A stretch of 64,000 nt of DNA from Neocallimastix sp. 'constans'. Lineage: Eukaryota. The position numbers were made by a program, and so were the translations under genes. Shown here one piece after another: positions 23,201-36,602 of the stretch (position 1 is its first letter; each line of letters starts with the position of its first letter). The DNA is taken from the NCBI GenBank assembly GCA_050613775.1, contig JBODTK010000116.1, positions 186,001 to 250,000 on the forward strand. The letters run 5' to 3'. Below the pieces are notes generated by a model. The model made no database searches. It was not told the DNA's origin and worked only from the letters and a program-made list of their open reading frames with translations.

Positions 23201-25054
23201 TATTATTAAATGTTCCTCTTTTTCCGGTTTATAAAATTTCATAATTTCGTTTAATAACTTTGACAATCCATCTCTACCATACCAAACGACGATATCATTA
23301 TTACAAATGGAACAATCATCCTATTACGACAATGTAAAAGTTTATAAAATTAAAAATACTAAAAATACAATAGATCTACGATTTTAATGGAAGATACTTT
23401 TTTATGCCCGAGAATCATTTAATTAAAAAAAAAAAAAAAAAAAAAAAATTAACCGTAAATTTACCATTTTCGGAATATAAAGAAGTGTGCCTAACGCTAT
23501 CATCAACATAAAAAAAAAAATTTTTTTCAACAAAAAAAAAAAATATTAAAGATGTTCCAAATAATAAAAAAAAAAAAAAAAACAATAATAGAAATAATAA
23601 TATAAATAATAATCATAAAAAATAATACAGAAATAACTGATAATAAATTTTATTGTTATTATTAATCGTAAACTAGTTGAAATAATTAATGATGTACCAA
23701 CTAAAACACCTGTTGTTACTTTACTTATCATTTAGTCAGAGAGAAAAAAAAAAAAAAAAAAATCCCATTCATTGTAGAAATTAATTTAGACAACAATTTC
23801 ATTCGGTAAAGCTCGGAAAGATAAATATATTTCTAATAGCATAAATACTTTTAAATAGTATACTAATTTGCCTTCCTACCAAAAAAAAAAAGTAAATCTT
23901 GAAATATTTTCACCTTTTTCAACTGTTTTAATACGTAAAAATATCACAATATCATTAAGCAAAATATTCTTTGTAAATACAAAGGTAATCTATTTGATAG
24001 ATAGAGGAACAGGAAATGGTGGTGAATCCTTTACAAGTGGAAAAATTTCCTTAAAAAATTGTTTGTGTCGAACCTGACCATGAAAAAAATTAAAAGTTTT
24101 TGAAGGAAGGAACGTATTTCTAAATCTGAAATTTCGTAATCGTATCTCAATAACTTCAAAATACCATCCAGAATGTAGAATTAAAAGATATTTTATGATG
24201 TTGCTACTTGCTTTTTTTTTTTTTTTCGCTTTAAATAATTTCACCTACACTAGTATTTTCTAGGATGCTCAGTAATCTATCTAAAAATATAAAATGGAAT
24301 TTTTTTTGTTTAATATTTTTTTGATTACAATTTATTTACTAGCAATATCGATTCATCTTCCATCACTTATAATCAATGTGTAGTACAACAAGAAATTAAC
24401 CAATTTAATGATGATAATAAATAAGACTTAAGACTTCTTAACATTTATTTATTAAGTTCACTTAGATATGCTCATTCAGAATGTGATAATATTATGTATA
24501 TTAAAATATTACAGATTCTTATGTCATTAATCAATACGAATGTGCTATTATATATTTTTTTTTAAATTTATATCTTTTTTTTTTTTTTAAAAAAATTTAA
24601 AAAATTTAACAAATTAAAAAATTATAAAAAATTCTAAACATCATATAATATATTTTAATGTATTATATTTTATATATTATAGACAAATAGACTTTCAGTT
24701 ATACTAATTAGTTTATGTTTATATTTTATTTTTATATCAAATTTATTTATTTATTATTTATTTAATTTTTATTTTATTTTAATTATTTTCCTTTTTTTTT
24801 ATAAAGAGTCTAAATGCAAATATTTATTTTTTTTTTTTTTTACATTATTTTTATATCTTTACATTATTTTAATACATTAGTATTGATATGGTGGAAAACC
24901 TCTTCACAGTTAGCAATCATTATAAATAATACTACTTTTTTAAAAAAATATTTTTTTTTTTTTCGATTTATACTACTTATATCTATAAATATATATAACA
25001 GAGATATAGATATACGCAAAAGATATACACATAAATTGTATAATTATAATTATT

Positions 25055-25090
<36 letters not shown>

Positions 25091-25578
25091 AATTATACAT
25101 AAATATTAATTTGATTTTTATTTTTAAAATTTTAAAATTTTTTTTTTTTTAGAAAATTGTATTATTTTATATTTATTTTTTAGCTTATTTTTAAATATTA
25201 AAAAAAAATTAAATAAGAACATGGAATATAATAAAATAAAATAAAATAAAATAAAAATAAAAACAAAAAAAAAAAAAAAAAAGAAAGCGTAGTCACGCGG
25301 ACTACATCTTCAATAGTAGGTTAGTAAAAAATCATAAAATTTATTTATAAATATTAAAGTTTATAAATGAAAATAGGACAAATTAAAATGGTATACATAA
25401 AAAACATTTTTAAAAAATTTAAATTATTATATTAAATATTAAATATCAAGCAATTGTGTACCTTATAAATATAAATATAAAATATATATATTTTTTAAAA
25501 AATACTTCATTAAAAAAGTAATAAATTTAAACTGAAATTATAAACTTTCTATTAAAATTAAAAAATTTTAAAATAAAA

Positions 25579-26208
25579 ATGAATCAAAATAATAATTTTG
25601 AATTAATTGAAGTTCCAAATAGTAATATAGATGATAATGTTACATCAAATAATTCTAATAATAATAATAATAATAATAATTCCAATAAAAATAATTCCAA
25701 TAAAAATAATTCCAATAAAAATATAAATTTTATTAAACAATTTAAATATAAAAACGTCTACATAACTGGTTTTTTATGTGGTATTATAGCTTTATTTCTA
25801 AATACTATTGTTGTTTATATTTTTTCTTATTTGTTTAATAATTCTGATGACGACGGTGAAACAATAAAAATGTCACTCAAAAAATCTCCAATCACAATAA
25901 TTACAGGCTTGTGTATTGTTGGTCCAGTTATTGAAGAGCTAATTTTTAGAAGATTTATTTTTTATTTCCTTAGTAAATGGAATTTAATAGCAGGGTATTT
26001 AATATCTAGTTTTTTGTTTTCCAATTATCATTTTGGATTTTTTAATTTTTCAGCTATTATTAATAATTTGAATAGATTTATCATATATTTTATTATAGGA
26101 ATTTTGTTTGCATATGCTTATGATCGTGATAGATGTATTTTATCGTCAATGATTGCTCATATTACACACAATAGTATAATATTATTATTAGTAGTTGTGC
26201 TCTATTAA
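25579..26208 (+). CDS. CPBP family intramembrane glutamic endopeptidase (CAAX protease self-immunity / Abi-like)
   Basis: Intronless 209-aa ORF with the family motifs EExxxR (PVIEELIFRR), FxxxH (FSNYH) and HxxxN (AHITHN), several hydrophobic helices and an Asn-rich N-terminus. Confidence 0.9.
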   Translation: MNQNNNFELIEVPNSNIDDNVTSNNSNNNNNNNNSNKNNSNKNNSNKNINFIKQFKYKNVYITGFLCGIIALFLNTIVVYIFSYLFNNSDDDGETIKMSLKKSPITIITGLCIVGPVIEELIFRRFIFYFLSKWNLIAGYLISSFLFSNYHFGFFNFSAIINNLNRFIIYFIIGILFAYAYDRDRCILSSMIAHITHNSIILLLVVVLY

Positions 26209-26689
26209 AATAAAATATATATTAAATTTCAAAATAAAATAAACTAAAAAAAAAAAAATAAATAAATAAATAAATAAATAACAAATCAAAAAGATTACAT
26301 TAAGAAAATAAAGTTTAATTAAAAAAAAAAAAGTCAATATTTAAATTAATAATTAAGTGAAATCACATTGTTATAATATTGATGATTTTTTAAAAAAGTC
26401 AAATTTAATTAATTAAAAATTTTAATATATAAAAAGATACTTACGAATTATATTTTTTTTTAAAACATATCATTATATAATTTCTTTTAAATATTTAATA
26501 TGAAAAATTTTATAAGCTTCAATTTAAATTTAAATTTATTTACAACCAATTCAATAAAATATTTTATATTGTATTTTAAATAATATTTGTTACTTTACGA
26601 TTTAATAAAATTCAATATATATTAGATTTAAAATTATTACATATCATTCACATTACTAAAATATCTACAGGAAATAAACTACAAACAAT

Positions 26690-27120
26690 AAATGTCAAAT
26701 TATTTATATCGAATAGAAGTTATAATATGATTTCATTTTTAAAAATGAAAAGAATAAAAGTATTTATTTTAAAAGGTTCTAATTTTGAACCTAATGAGAA
26801 TAGCATGCTTAAATGTGAAAAATGCTATCATGGTATTGTTTGGAATATTGGTAATGGCATGGCATTATGAAGTTATCATGAAATATCTGATGACAAAACC
26901 AACAATAATATTACAATAATATTTTCTATTTCTACTAATTATAAAACTATTACTAATCCAACCTCTACAACTACTACAATAAATCCTATTCCAACGTCTA
27001 CTCCTATATGGATATATAACAGTGAATACACTAAGAAAATATTTTATGTACTCCTGAATACGAAAATGAAATTCCGAATTCTGACTTGTGAAAAAGGTCA
27101 AAAATCATTTATTGTAATAC
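26690..27120 (+). pseudogene. Decayed coding fragment, possibly from a Thr-linker / ricin-B-type lectin protein
   Basis: Locally higher GC. Partial translations LKCEKCYHGIVWNI and TITNPTSTTTTINPIPTSTPIWIYNSEYTKK...RILTCEKGQKS are broken by stops and frameshifts. The family assignment is tentative. Confidence 0.35.
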
Positions 27121-28028
27121 GCCACATAACAAAAAAAAAAAAAAAAAAAAAAAAAAACATTTTCATCCTATATTTGTATCCTAACTATCATAATTAATTA
27201 TTAATAATATGATTATTTCTCATCAAAATCTTAAATTATGAAATTATATATTATTATTTAATTATGATTTATTATAAATATGGATTAATATATAAGACCC
27301 ATTTATTTTTGTTATTACCTATATTCTCAAGTCATATATAATTACTATGATTTCATTTGAAAATTATATTTATACTCTATTTTTATTTTTTTATTTTTTA
27401 TTTTTTTTTTTTTTTTTTTATTTACTTAACTTTTATTAAATTAAATTAAATAATAAATGATTAATATAATTTAATTCGTGCTTATTTCCCACTATTTTTA
27501 TATAATTATTATTTTTTTTTTTATAAATTAGTCCCTTGATTTATTTATTAATTATAAAATATCCTTCTTTAGAAATATAAATAATATAGTAATTTTTAAT
27601 AATTAATATTTATATTGATATTTATATGAATTTCTATATCTATATCTATATTTATTAGTATAATTATATCAAGTGAATTGATCTTTATATATATATGTAT
27701 GTATGTATTTTTCTTTTTTTTCAAAATATTTTTATATACTTACAATTACCATAATAATCTTGATTAATAAATAATACTTTTAACAAAAAAAAAAAAAAAA
27801 AGCATTTTTTTCTTTTTTTTTTTTTTTTTTTTTTGTTTATTGTCTAATTTTTATCTTTCCTACTTAATACTAATAATGATAATAATAAAAAATTACTAAA
27901 GTAAAATAAAAAGTTGATATATAAGATAGGTAGTTTCTACTATTTTAAATCAAATCAATAAAAATAGATGAAAAATAAAAAAAAATATATTTATATTAAT
28001 ATTTATTTATTTATTTATTTAATTATAT

Positions 28029-28063
<35 letters not shown>

Positions 28064-29387
28064 TTATTTACAAATACTAATATTTAATATATTTATTATG
28101 CATGTTTTCTTTATTTTTTTTTTTTTAAAAAAAAACGTATCCATTTTAGATGTTATTTTTAACAGACTTTTCCACTTTTTTTTTTTTGTATAAAAAATTA
28201 AATTATAACCATATATTATAATATACTACAATATATGTTATTTATTAATAAACTACTTTTTACATTTTAATTTAATTTAATTTTTTAACCTTTAAGAAAT
28301 AAAGTTTCAGATTAGTTTTTGATTTGATCAGAATTAATGAAATAATCTAAAACAGAAAAGAAAAGAAAAGAAAAAAATAAAAGAAATGAGATAAAAAAAA
28401 AATAATAAATATATAAATATATAAATATATATTATATATAATGAAATATTAAGAAATATAGAAATGAAGAAATAGAAAACAAAGAAATAGAAAATAAAAT
28501 TTAATATTTAATTTATTTATATATATGTAATATCTATATATCAAAAAATAAAATAAAATAAAATAAAATAAAATAAAATAACATGAAATAAAATAGAATA
28601 AATAGTAAAATATTGTAAAAAAAAAAAAAAAAAAAGTATATTATTAATGCCATAAAATAAATAGTAATTTAAGTAAAAAGAGTAAAGTAGATATAAAAAA
28701 TAAAATAAAATGAATAATAGAATATGAATATAAAGTACAAATTGAACAAATTAAAATAAAATAAAATATATAAAAAATTCATGAAATATAATTAAAGAAT
28801 AAAGTATTATTAAAATAAAGTACTAATAAAATATTATTACCAATTACATAAAATAAATAGTTAAAGTATTATTAATAATAATAAAAAATAGGAATAAATA
28901 TTAATAAAAATAAAAAATAATAATAAAAAGTACTAAAATAAAATAAAAAAAAAAAATAAAAAAAATAATAAAAAATAATAAAAAATTATTCAAAGATAAA
29001 ATAAATTAAAAATAAATTAAAAAATTAAATTAAATTAAATAAAAATTAAATTAAATAAAACATAAAACTTTTGTATTCTCTTCCAAGATATTTGATAAAC
29101 TTTAAATAATAATAAAAAGATAAAGATAATTGGATGATATTTAAAATTTTATTTCATATTTTTATTTTTTTTTCATTTATAAATTATTCCATTCGATTTA
29201 GGGATACAAATTTAATTAGTGGATATCAAATCAACTGAAACAATCTTTTAATCTATGGAAATGTTAATGATAATAAAACTTTTTTTTTGAAAAGTTTTTA
29301 TTAACTGTAGTATATTAAGAGTATATCGATACAATTATTTATAATTATATTAATTATTTTTTTTATTCATTATTATTACTTTTTAAA

Positions 29388-29426
<39 letters not shown>

Positions 29427-30112
29427 TTTATTTTTATTTTCATTTTTATTTTATCCTATTTAATAATAATAATATTATTATTTTTTTTATATGTTTAATT
29501 AAAAAATTATCTTATATATATATATATATATATTTAATCTTGAAATCCATTTTTTTTATTTTATTTTTATTTAAATTGTTAGACTAAAGTTGATTCTTTG
29601 ACAAATGGTAAGCTTGAATACAATAAAATAGGAATAAAATATTAATATATATGTATATTGATAATAAAAAAAAAAAATTACATTTTAATATTTTACTATT
29701 GTTCTTTTAATAACGAAATAAGAAGGATGATAAATATTATTATATTTTATTAATAATAATAATAATAAAAATAGAAAAGAACATTTCTTTTTTTTTTTTT
29801 CATTTTACTATTATTTAATTTGTATTAGTATTATATTTGAAGAACAGTTTTATATTTTTATTATTTGTATTATTATTTTATATTTAAAATAAATTAATTA
29901 AAAATTATAATAATTATAAATATAAATTATTTTTCTTTTTCTTTTCTTTTTTTTTTTTTTTTTGTTTTTTTTTTTTTTGTTTTTATTTTTATTTTTAAAT
30001 TTTAAAGTTTAATCACAAATTAAATAAAAATTTAAATATTATTATTTATTATATTATATTATATTTTATTTTATTTTTTAATAAATAATATTAATATTCT
30101 TACCAGATTTTA

Positions 30113-30151
<39 letters not shown>

Positions 30152-30578
30152 ATATTAATAAACTTTTATATTTAAACAATATTAATAAAAAAATTTACAT
30201 TGTTTAAATTTTTTTATTTTTTTTTTTTTTAAAAAAAAAAAAGTAATATTAAAATAAAAGAGAACTAAAAATAAAAGTATAATACATAAAAATAATTTTT
30301 TTTTAAAGAAAAATAAAATAAAAAATTTAAAATGAATTATTTTAAAAATATTTAAAAAAAAAAATATTATATATTTGTATTTTTTATTAAAGTATTACAT
30401 TATATAATATTTTATATGTCAACCATTTTTTTTAAATATTACTTTAAAATAATTCATAATTACGGGAATTTAAATGTAAAAAAAAAAAAAAAAATAATAA
30501 TAATAAAAAATAAAATTTAAATTAAACATAATTAAAGTAAAGTAAATTTTATAATAAAAAAAAAGAAAGAAAGAAAGA

Positions 30579-32543
30579 ATGATAGATAAAGAATCTCTTC
30601 TTCCAGATGAACGTTACTTTATAAAAAGTAATTCCAATCCTGATTTTTGGGATTGGATATTTAGTAAAGGAACAAATTTTACTTGTTATGTTGAAACTTT
30701 AACGAGTTTAAATGAAACAGGCATAAATAACAGAAGAATAGATGTTTTTAGAACAATAATAACCACGATACAGACACCATTACATTTTTATTTTTTTTAC
30801 TGGTCTTTACTTGTATTTATATTGCATAAATTTAATTTTAGAAAACCAGTAATGCAAATTATTCTTGGTCATTTAGTTATACGGTAAATATATTTTATAT
30901 TAAAATTTTTTATACTTTATCATTAGTCCTTTATATTATTATTATTATTATTATTATTTATACAGTATAAAATATATATATATATTATTATTATTTTATC
31001 AAAACTAAAAAATTATTATATCAATTTTTATTATATCATTAAAATATCCTTTTATTTTTTATTCTTTTTTTTTTTTTTCTTAATATATATATATATATAT
31101 ATATATTTATTAATTTATTAATAAATATATTAAATTTTAATTTTATAAAATATTTTCTAATATTAAAATAACAAAAAAAAAAAAAGGTGTACTGGAAGTA
31201 TTCTTGAAAAATTTGGATATTTATATAAATATTATTATATAAGTGAAAAAGTTTCGGAGGATGTTTATCGATGTAAACCAGAAGGGAATATGCATCCCTT
31301 TCGATGGTTTTTAACACGACAAATTGGAAATGCATTTTGGTATGTAGGAGAAATTTTTGCAGATTGGTACCCTTTATTACGTACGAAAGCCATTGTTAAA
31401 AATAAATCCATTCGAATTGTATATGCCACTTGTGCCTTATTTAATTTATCAAAAATTACATTAATTGTATATCATTTATTTAAGAGTCCCGCCGAACTCT
31501 ATAATGTTCAAACGGGAGTCTATGAAATCGAAGAAATGGATAAGTTTTATCTTATTTATTGGGTAATTCAACTCTCCGTTATTTATACCTCCTTAATTTA
31601 CGAATATTCAGTGTATAGTGTGTTAAAGAAAGGTATTTTTGATGTGAATCAATATGATTTTGGATTTCTTAAAAAATTTAAAATGCTATCCGAATATAGA
31701 ATATTAGTATCTGCGGTGGTATCTGTCATTTTTTTACCTATCTTTTCAGTTAGTATCATCTTAAAAATTTCATTTTTTTATTTCAAGAATCAAAATTTAG
31801 AATTTGAATTTGAGGAGGTTCGACAGTCCATTGCCAATGTACAATATTATATGATATTTATTGATCAAATTCTTCTTATCTATTCCAACTATGAATCTAA
31901 GCTATTGAGTTATAAATTTTATTATAGTAACATTAATAATAATAATAATAATAATAGTAATAATATGAATATGAATAATATTAATGATATGAACATGAAT
32001 AATATGAATATGAATAATATTATTAATAATAATAAATCAAATTCAGCCACATTAACATTTAGTAATATCAGTCCAGAGGATAGTTTTAAATATTCACCGA
32101 AAAGAAATACCATTAATATTGTACCTACTTCTCCTTCTACGTATAAAACAAAGGTATTAAAACGATATTCCCTTGAAAATGATTTTCTTACTACTGATAT
32201 GAACAATATGCTAAATGGAAGTGAATACAATGATGATAACAATAGCAAAATCAATGATGATATTAACGGCAACAACCACAATAATAATAACAATAATAAT
32301 AATGACTATAATAATAATAATAATAAAGATAATAATAACTGTAATAATAATAATAATAATCATAGGAATATAAATAGGAATAATACTAATAGTAGAAGTA
32401 TTAATAATAACATCAATACTACTACTAATAATAATAATAATGATACGTTTAACAGTGAAATTTACAATGGGACTAATTATTATATAAACAGTTATAATAC
32501 TAATAATAGTAATATTACTAGTAATACAGTGATGTTTATATGA
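30579..32543 (+). CDS. Putative seven-transmembrane (GPCR-like) protein, copy A; 2 exons (30579-30883, 31187-32543), ~553 aa
   Basis: A phase-2 GT-AG intron joins ...GHLVIR to CTGSILEKFG...EGNMHPFRW in frame. There are seven hydrophobic segments, DWYPLLRT at the end of the third, and a long poly-Asn C-tail. The GPCR label rests on topology only. Confidence 0.8.
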
Positions 32544-34553
32544 AAATCAATCTAATGATTAAAAATACAAAACATAATTTTATTAATTTATTTTTATTTT
32601 TATTTTTTTTTTATAATAGAAAACGAATGAAAAATTTAAAATATATTTTATTTATTTGTTTATCTAATTATCTATATACTATATATAATTTTAATCATTT
32701 TCTATTATAAAATTATAAATATATATAAAAAGAAGAAAATTTACGAAGAGGAAGAAGAAGAAAAGGAATAAAAAAAAATAAAAAATAAAAAATAAAAGTT
32801 AAAATAAAAAATAAAAATAAAAACTAAAAAATAATAATAATAATAATAAATAAAATATGAAAAGAATTAATAAAAATTAAATTATACCAAAGTTAAAATA
32901 TGAAAAGAATTTATAGTTATTGTAAATAAACTTTTTAAAAAAATAAAAATAATAATAATAATAATAATTAAATCAATATGAATAATAAAATAAAAGATAA
33001 AATAATACAATAATATATAATAAAATTTTAAAATATTAAACATAAAAAAATAATATAACATAATATAATTTAATATAATATAATATAATAAAATATAAAT
33101 AATATAATGTTTCCAAAAAAAAAAAGTAATAACAAAATACAATACATTATTTTATGTCTTCATATATAATCATATAATAGCAAATTAAATATATATATAC
33201 ATATAGTTAAAAGATTTATAATATTTTTTAATCAAATCATAACGAACTATATATATATATATAGAAATAAGGGCATTTATATATGCTTGTTTATTCCTTT
33301 TATATATAAAGTTTTTTTTATTATTTAAAAACTTTTAAATTATATTAAATAAAAATAAAATATAATAAAATAAAATAAAATATAATATAATATCATAAAA
33401 TAAAATTAAAACATAAATTTAGAATTAAAAAATATTTTATACTTTTATCTTTTTTTCTTTATGTATTTATAATTAATCAAAAATACAAAAATAAAAAATT
33501 AATATATATTAATGAAATTCAATAATATATATATATATATAAATTAAAAAAAAAAGATATTTAATTTATTTTATTTAATTTAAAAAGTTAATATTAATTT
33601 AACTAAAATAAAATAATAATTATAATAAAATAATAATTGTTCTGCTCTATTTTATATATTTTATATATAACAAAACATAAAATAAAAAATTAAAAAAAAA
33701 AAAAAAAAATACATAAAATTTATTTTAATTTAAAATATTTTTATTTATGGAAACTTTATTAGGTACAAAATATTTTATAATAAAAAGATAATAAAGAAAA
33801 ATTATTAAAAATAAAAAAAAAAAAAGACAAAAAATAATAATAATAATAAAAGAAATTAATATAAAGAACTTAATACTTTATATATATATATAAAAGAGAG
33901 ATAAAAAAAAAATATTAACCATCATTAACATATTATACAATTTATTCATATATATACAAATATAGACTATATAATATAATATAGAAGTAGAAAAATAGAG
34001 CAATAGTTTAAATAAAAATTATATATGTCACCTTAAAAAAATTTTTTTGTTTTTTTTTTTTTTTTGATATTCCTATATATTGTTTTATCTTTTAAATTAA
34101 TATTTTTTTTTTAGTAAATAGAAACTTAAACTTTAATTAAATTAATGAATAAAAATTAATTATTTAAATAAATATTTTATAATATATAAATAGATGAAAC
34201 AAATAGTAAATAAAAAAATTGTACTGTTTTTTTGTATTTTTTTTTTTTTTTTATCTTTTTTTTTTTTTTTATCTTTTTTAAGATTATTAAGAATTAAATT
34301 TTAATATAAAAAAAAAAAAATTTTTTTATTTCTTTACTTTTTGGTAAATCAATTTTTTTAAAAAAAAAAAATAAAAATAAAAATAAATATTTAAAGTTAT
34401 TTTTATTAATTAATATTTAATTAATGATATGAAATTATTATAGAGATAAACTTTTACATCTTTTAACATCTTTTAAACCATAAAAATTGGGATAAATGTT
34501 TTTGCCTTTTTTTTTTTTTTTTTTTATTATATATTTTATTTTTTTATTTTATT

Positions 34554-34595
<42 letters not shown>

Positions 34596-34748
34596 TATTT
34601 GTGTCTAATTTATCTTTAGTATTTTTTTTTTGTTTGTTTTGAAAATGTTTATATGATTAAGTAAAAAAAAAATATTTTTTTTATTTTACATATATTATTT
34701 TTTTTTTAATTCATTCATTCTTTATTTTTATTTTTATTTTAATCATTA

Positions 34749-34785
<37 letters not shown>

Positions 34786-34788
<3 letters not shown>

Positions 34789-35190
34789 CTGGAATTAATG
34801 AAAGGAAACGATAAAAGGGTCACCAGTCTCTTCCTTAAAAAGTATCAGATTCACCTTGGATTTTTTTTTTCATATCTTTTCAGTATAGATACAGACCTCT
34901 TTCTAAGCATGACTAATATAAAATTAAATTCTCCTATACGATGGATTTCCTTTCAGTGATCTCTTGAACCATCATTGAAGGAGGAAACAACTACATGAAT
35001 CATTCAAGAGATCAAATACTCTCTGTACTAGCAATTATATAGTCTAGTAACAGGAAAACTTAACCATGGCGAAATTGAACAACTAACTTCATTGATAAGG
35101 AAAATTATCCTGGTAGGATGAAAAATTGCCCTAAATTAATTCAGGAAGTAGTCAGGAGGTCGATCCAAAAACAATCCTTACTAAAATTAA
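34786..35190 (+). mobile_element. Probable decayed retroelement (LINE ORF2-like) fragment between the 7TM duplicates
   Basis: A ~400-bp GC-elevated island with no intact ORF. ggatttcctttcagtgatctcttgaaccatcatt reads as G-F-P-F-S-D-L..E-P-I-I with frameshifts, resembling the region after the YLG motif of LINE RTs. Confidence 0.4.
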
Positions 35191-36052
35191 TTCTTTGGTA
35201 AATATAAAAAACTGAATATAATAAAGTAAATTTAAAAAATAAATATAATTTCTATATTTATACAAAAAAAAAAAAAAAATCATTATATGATTTTGTTTTT
35301 TATTCAATATAATAATAAATAATAACAAATTATAATAAATGATAATTTTATTAATAATTAATAAAAAAAAAAAGAACATTTCTTTTTTTTTATTATTATT
35401 ATTATTTAATTAGAATTATATTTGATTAACAGTTTTAAATTTTATTATTATTATTATTATTTAAAATAAATTAATTAAAAATTATAATTATTAAAATATA
35501 AAAAAAAAAAATTTTTTTTATTTTTTCTTTTTTCTATTCTTTTTGTTTTTAAATTTTAAAGTTTAATCACAAATTAAATATGAATTTAAATATTATTTAT
35601 TTTATTTCATTTTATTTTCTTAATAAATTTAATATTAATTATTATTATTATAATATTTTATTATTATTATTAAATATTAATAAACTTTATATTTGAACAA
35701 TATTAATTAAAAAAAAAAAAAATTTTTTTATCATTTTATATAAAAGATAAAAATATCTTTATTAAATTTTTTTTTTTTTTTTTTTTTTAAAAAAAAACAA
35801 AATAAAATTAAAATAAAAGAGAAAAGAAAAATAAAAAATATAATAAATAAAAAACAATATTTTTTTTTTTTTTTTTTTTTACTTAAAAATTAAATATTTA
35901 AAATGAATTATTTTAAAAATATTTAAAAAAAAAAAAAAAAAATATTATATAATTGTATATTTTTTTTTAGTACTACATTATATAATATTATATATATCAA
36001 TTAATTTTTTAAATATTACTTTAAAATAATTCAAAATTACAGGAATTTAAAA

Positions 36053-36083
<31 letters not shown>

Positions 36084-36198
36084 TAAAATAAAACAATAAA
36101 ATTAAAATAAAAATAAGAAAAAAAAAATAAAATAATAAAATTTAAATTAAACATAATTAAATTAAAATAAATTTATAATAAAAAAAAAAAAAGAAAGA

Positions 36199-36553
36199 AT
36201 GATAGATAAAGAATCTCTTCTTCCAGATGAACGTTACTTTATAAAAAGTAATTCCAATCCTGATTTTTGGGATTGGATATTTAGTAAAGGAACAAATTTT
36301 ACTTGTTATGTTGAAACTTTAACGAGTTTAAATGAAACAGGTATAAATAACAGAAGAATAGATGTTTTTAGAACAATAATAACCACGATACAGACACCAT
36401 TACATTTTTATTTTTTTTACTGGTCTTTACTTGTATTTATATTGCATAAATTTAATTTTAGAAAACCAGTAATGCAAATTATTCTTGGTCATTTAGTTAT
36501 ACGGTAAATATATTTTATATTAAATTTTTTTAAACTTTATCGGTAGTCTTTTA

Positions 36554-36602
<49 letters not shown>

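Noticed and set aside
30579..30887. 102-aa ORF and the following 417-aa or 457-aa ORFs as separate genes
   Set aside because: They join in frame through one GT-AG intron in both copies.
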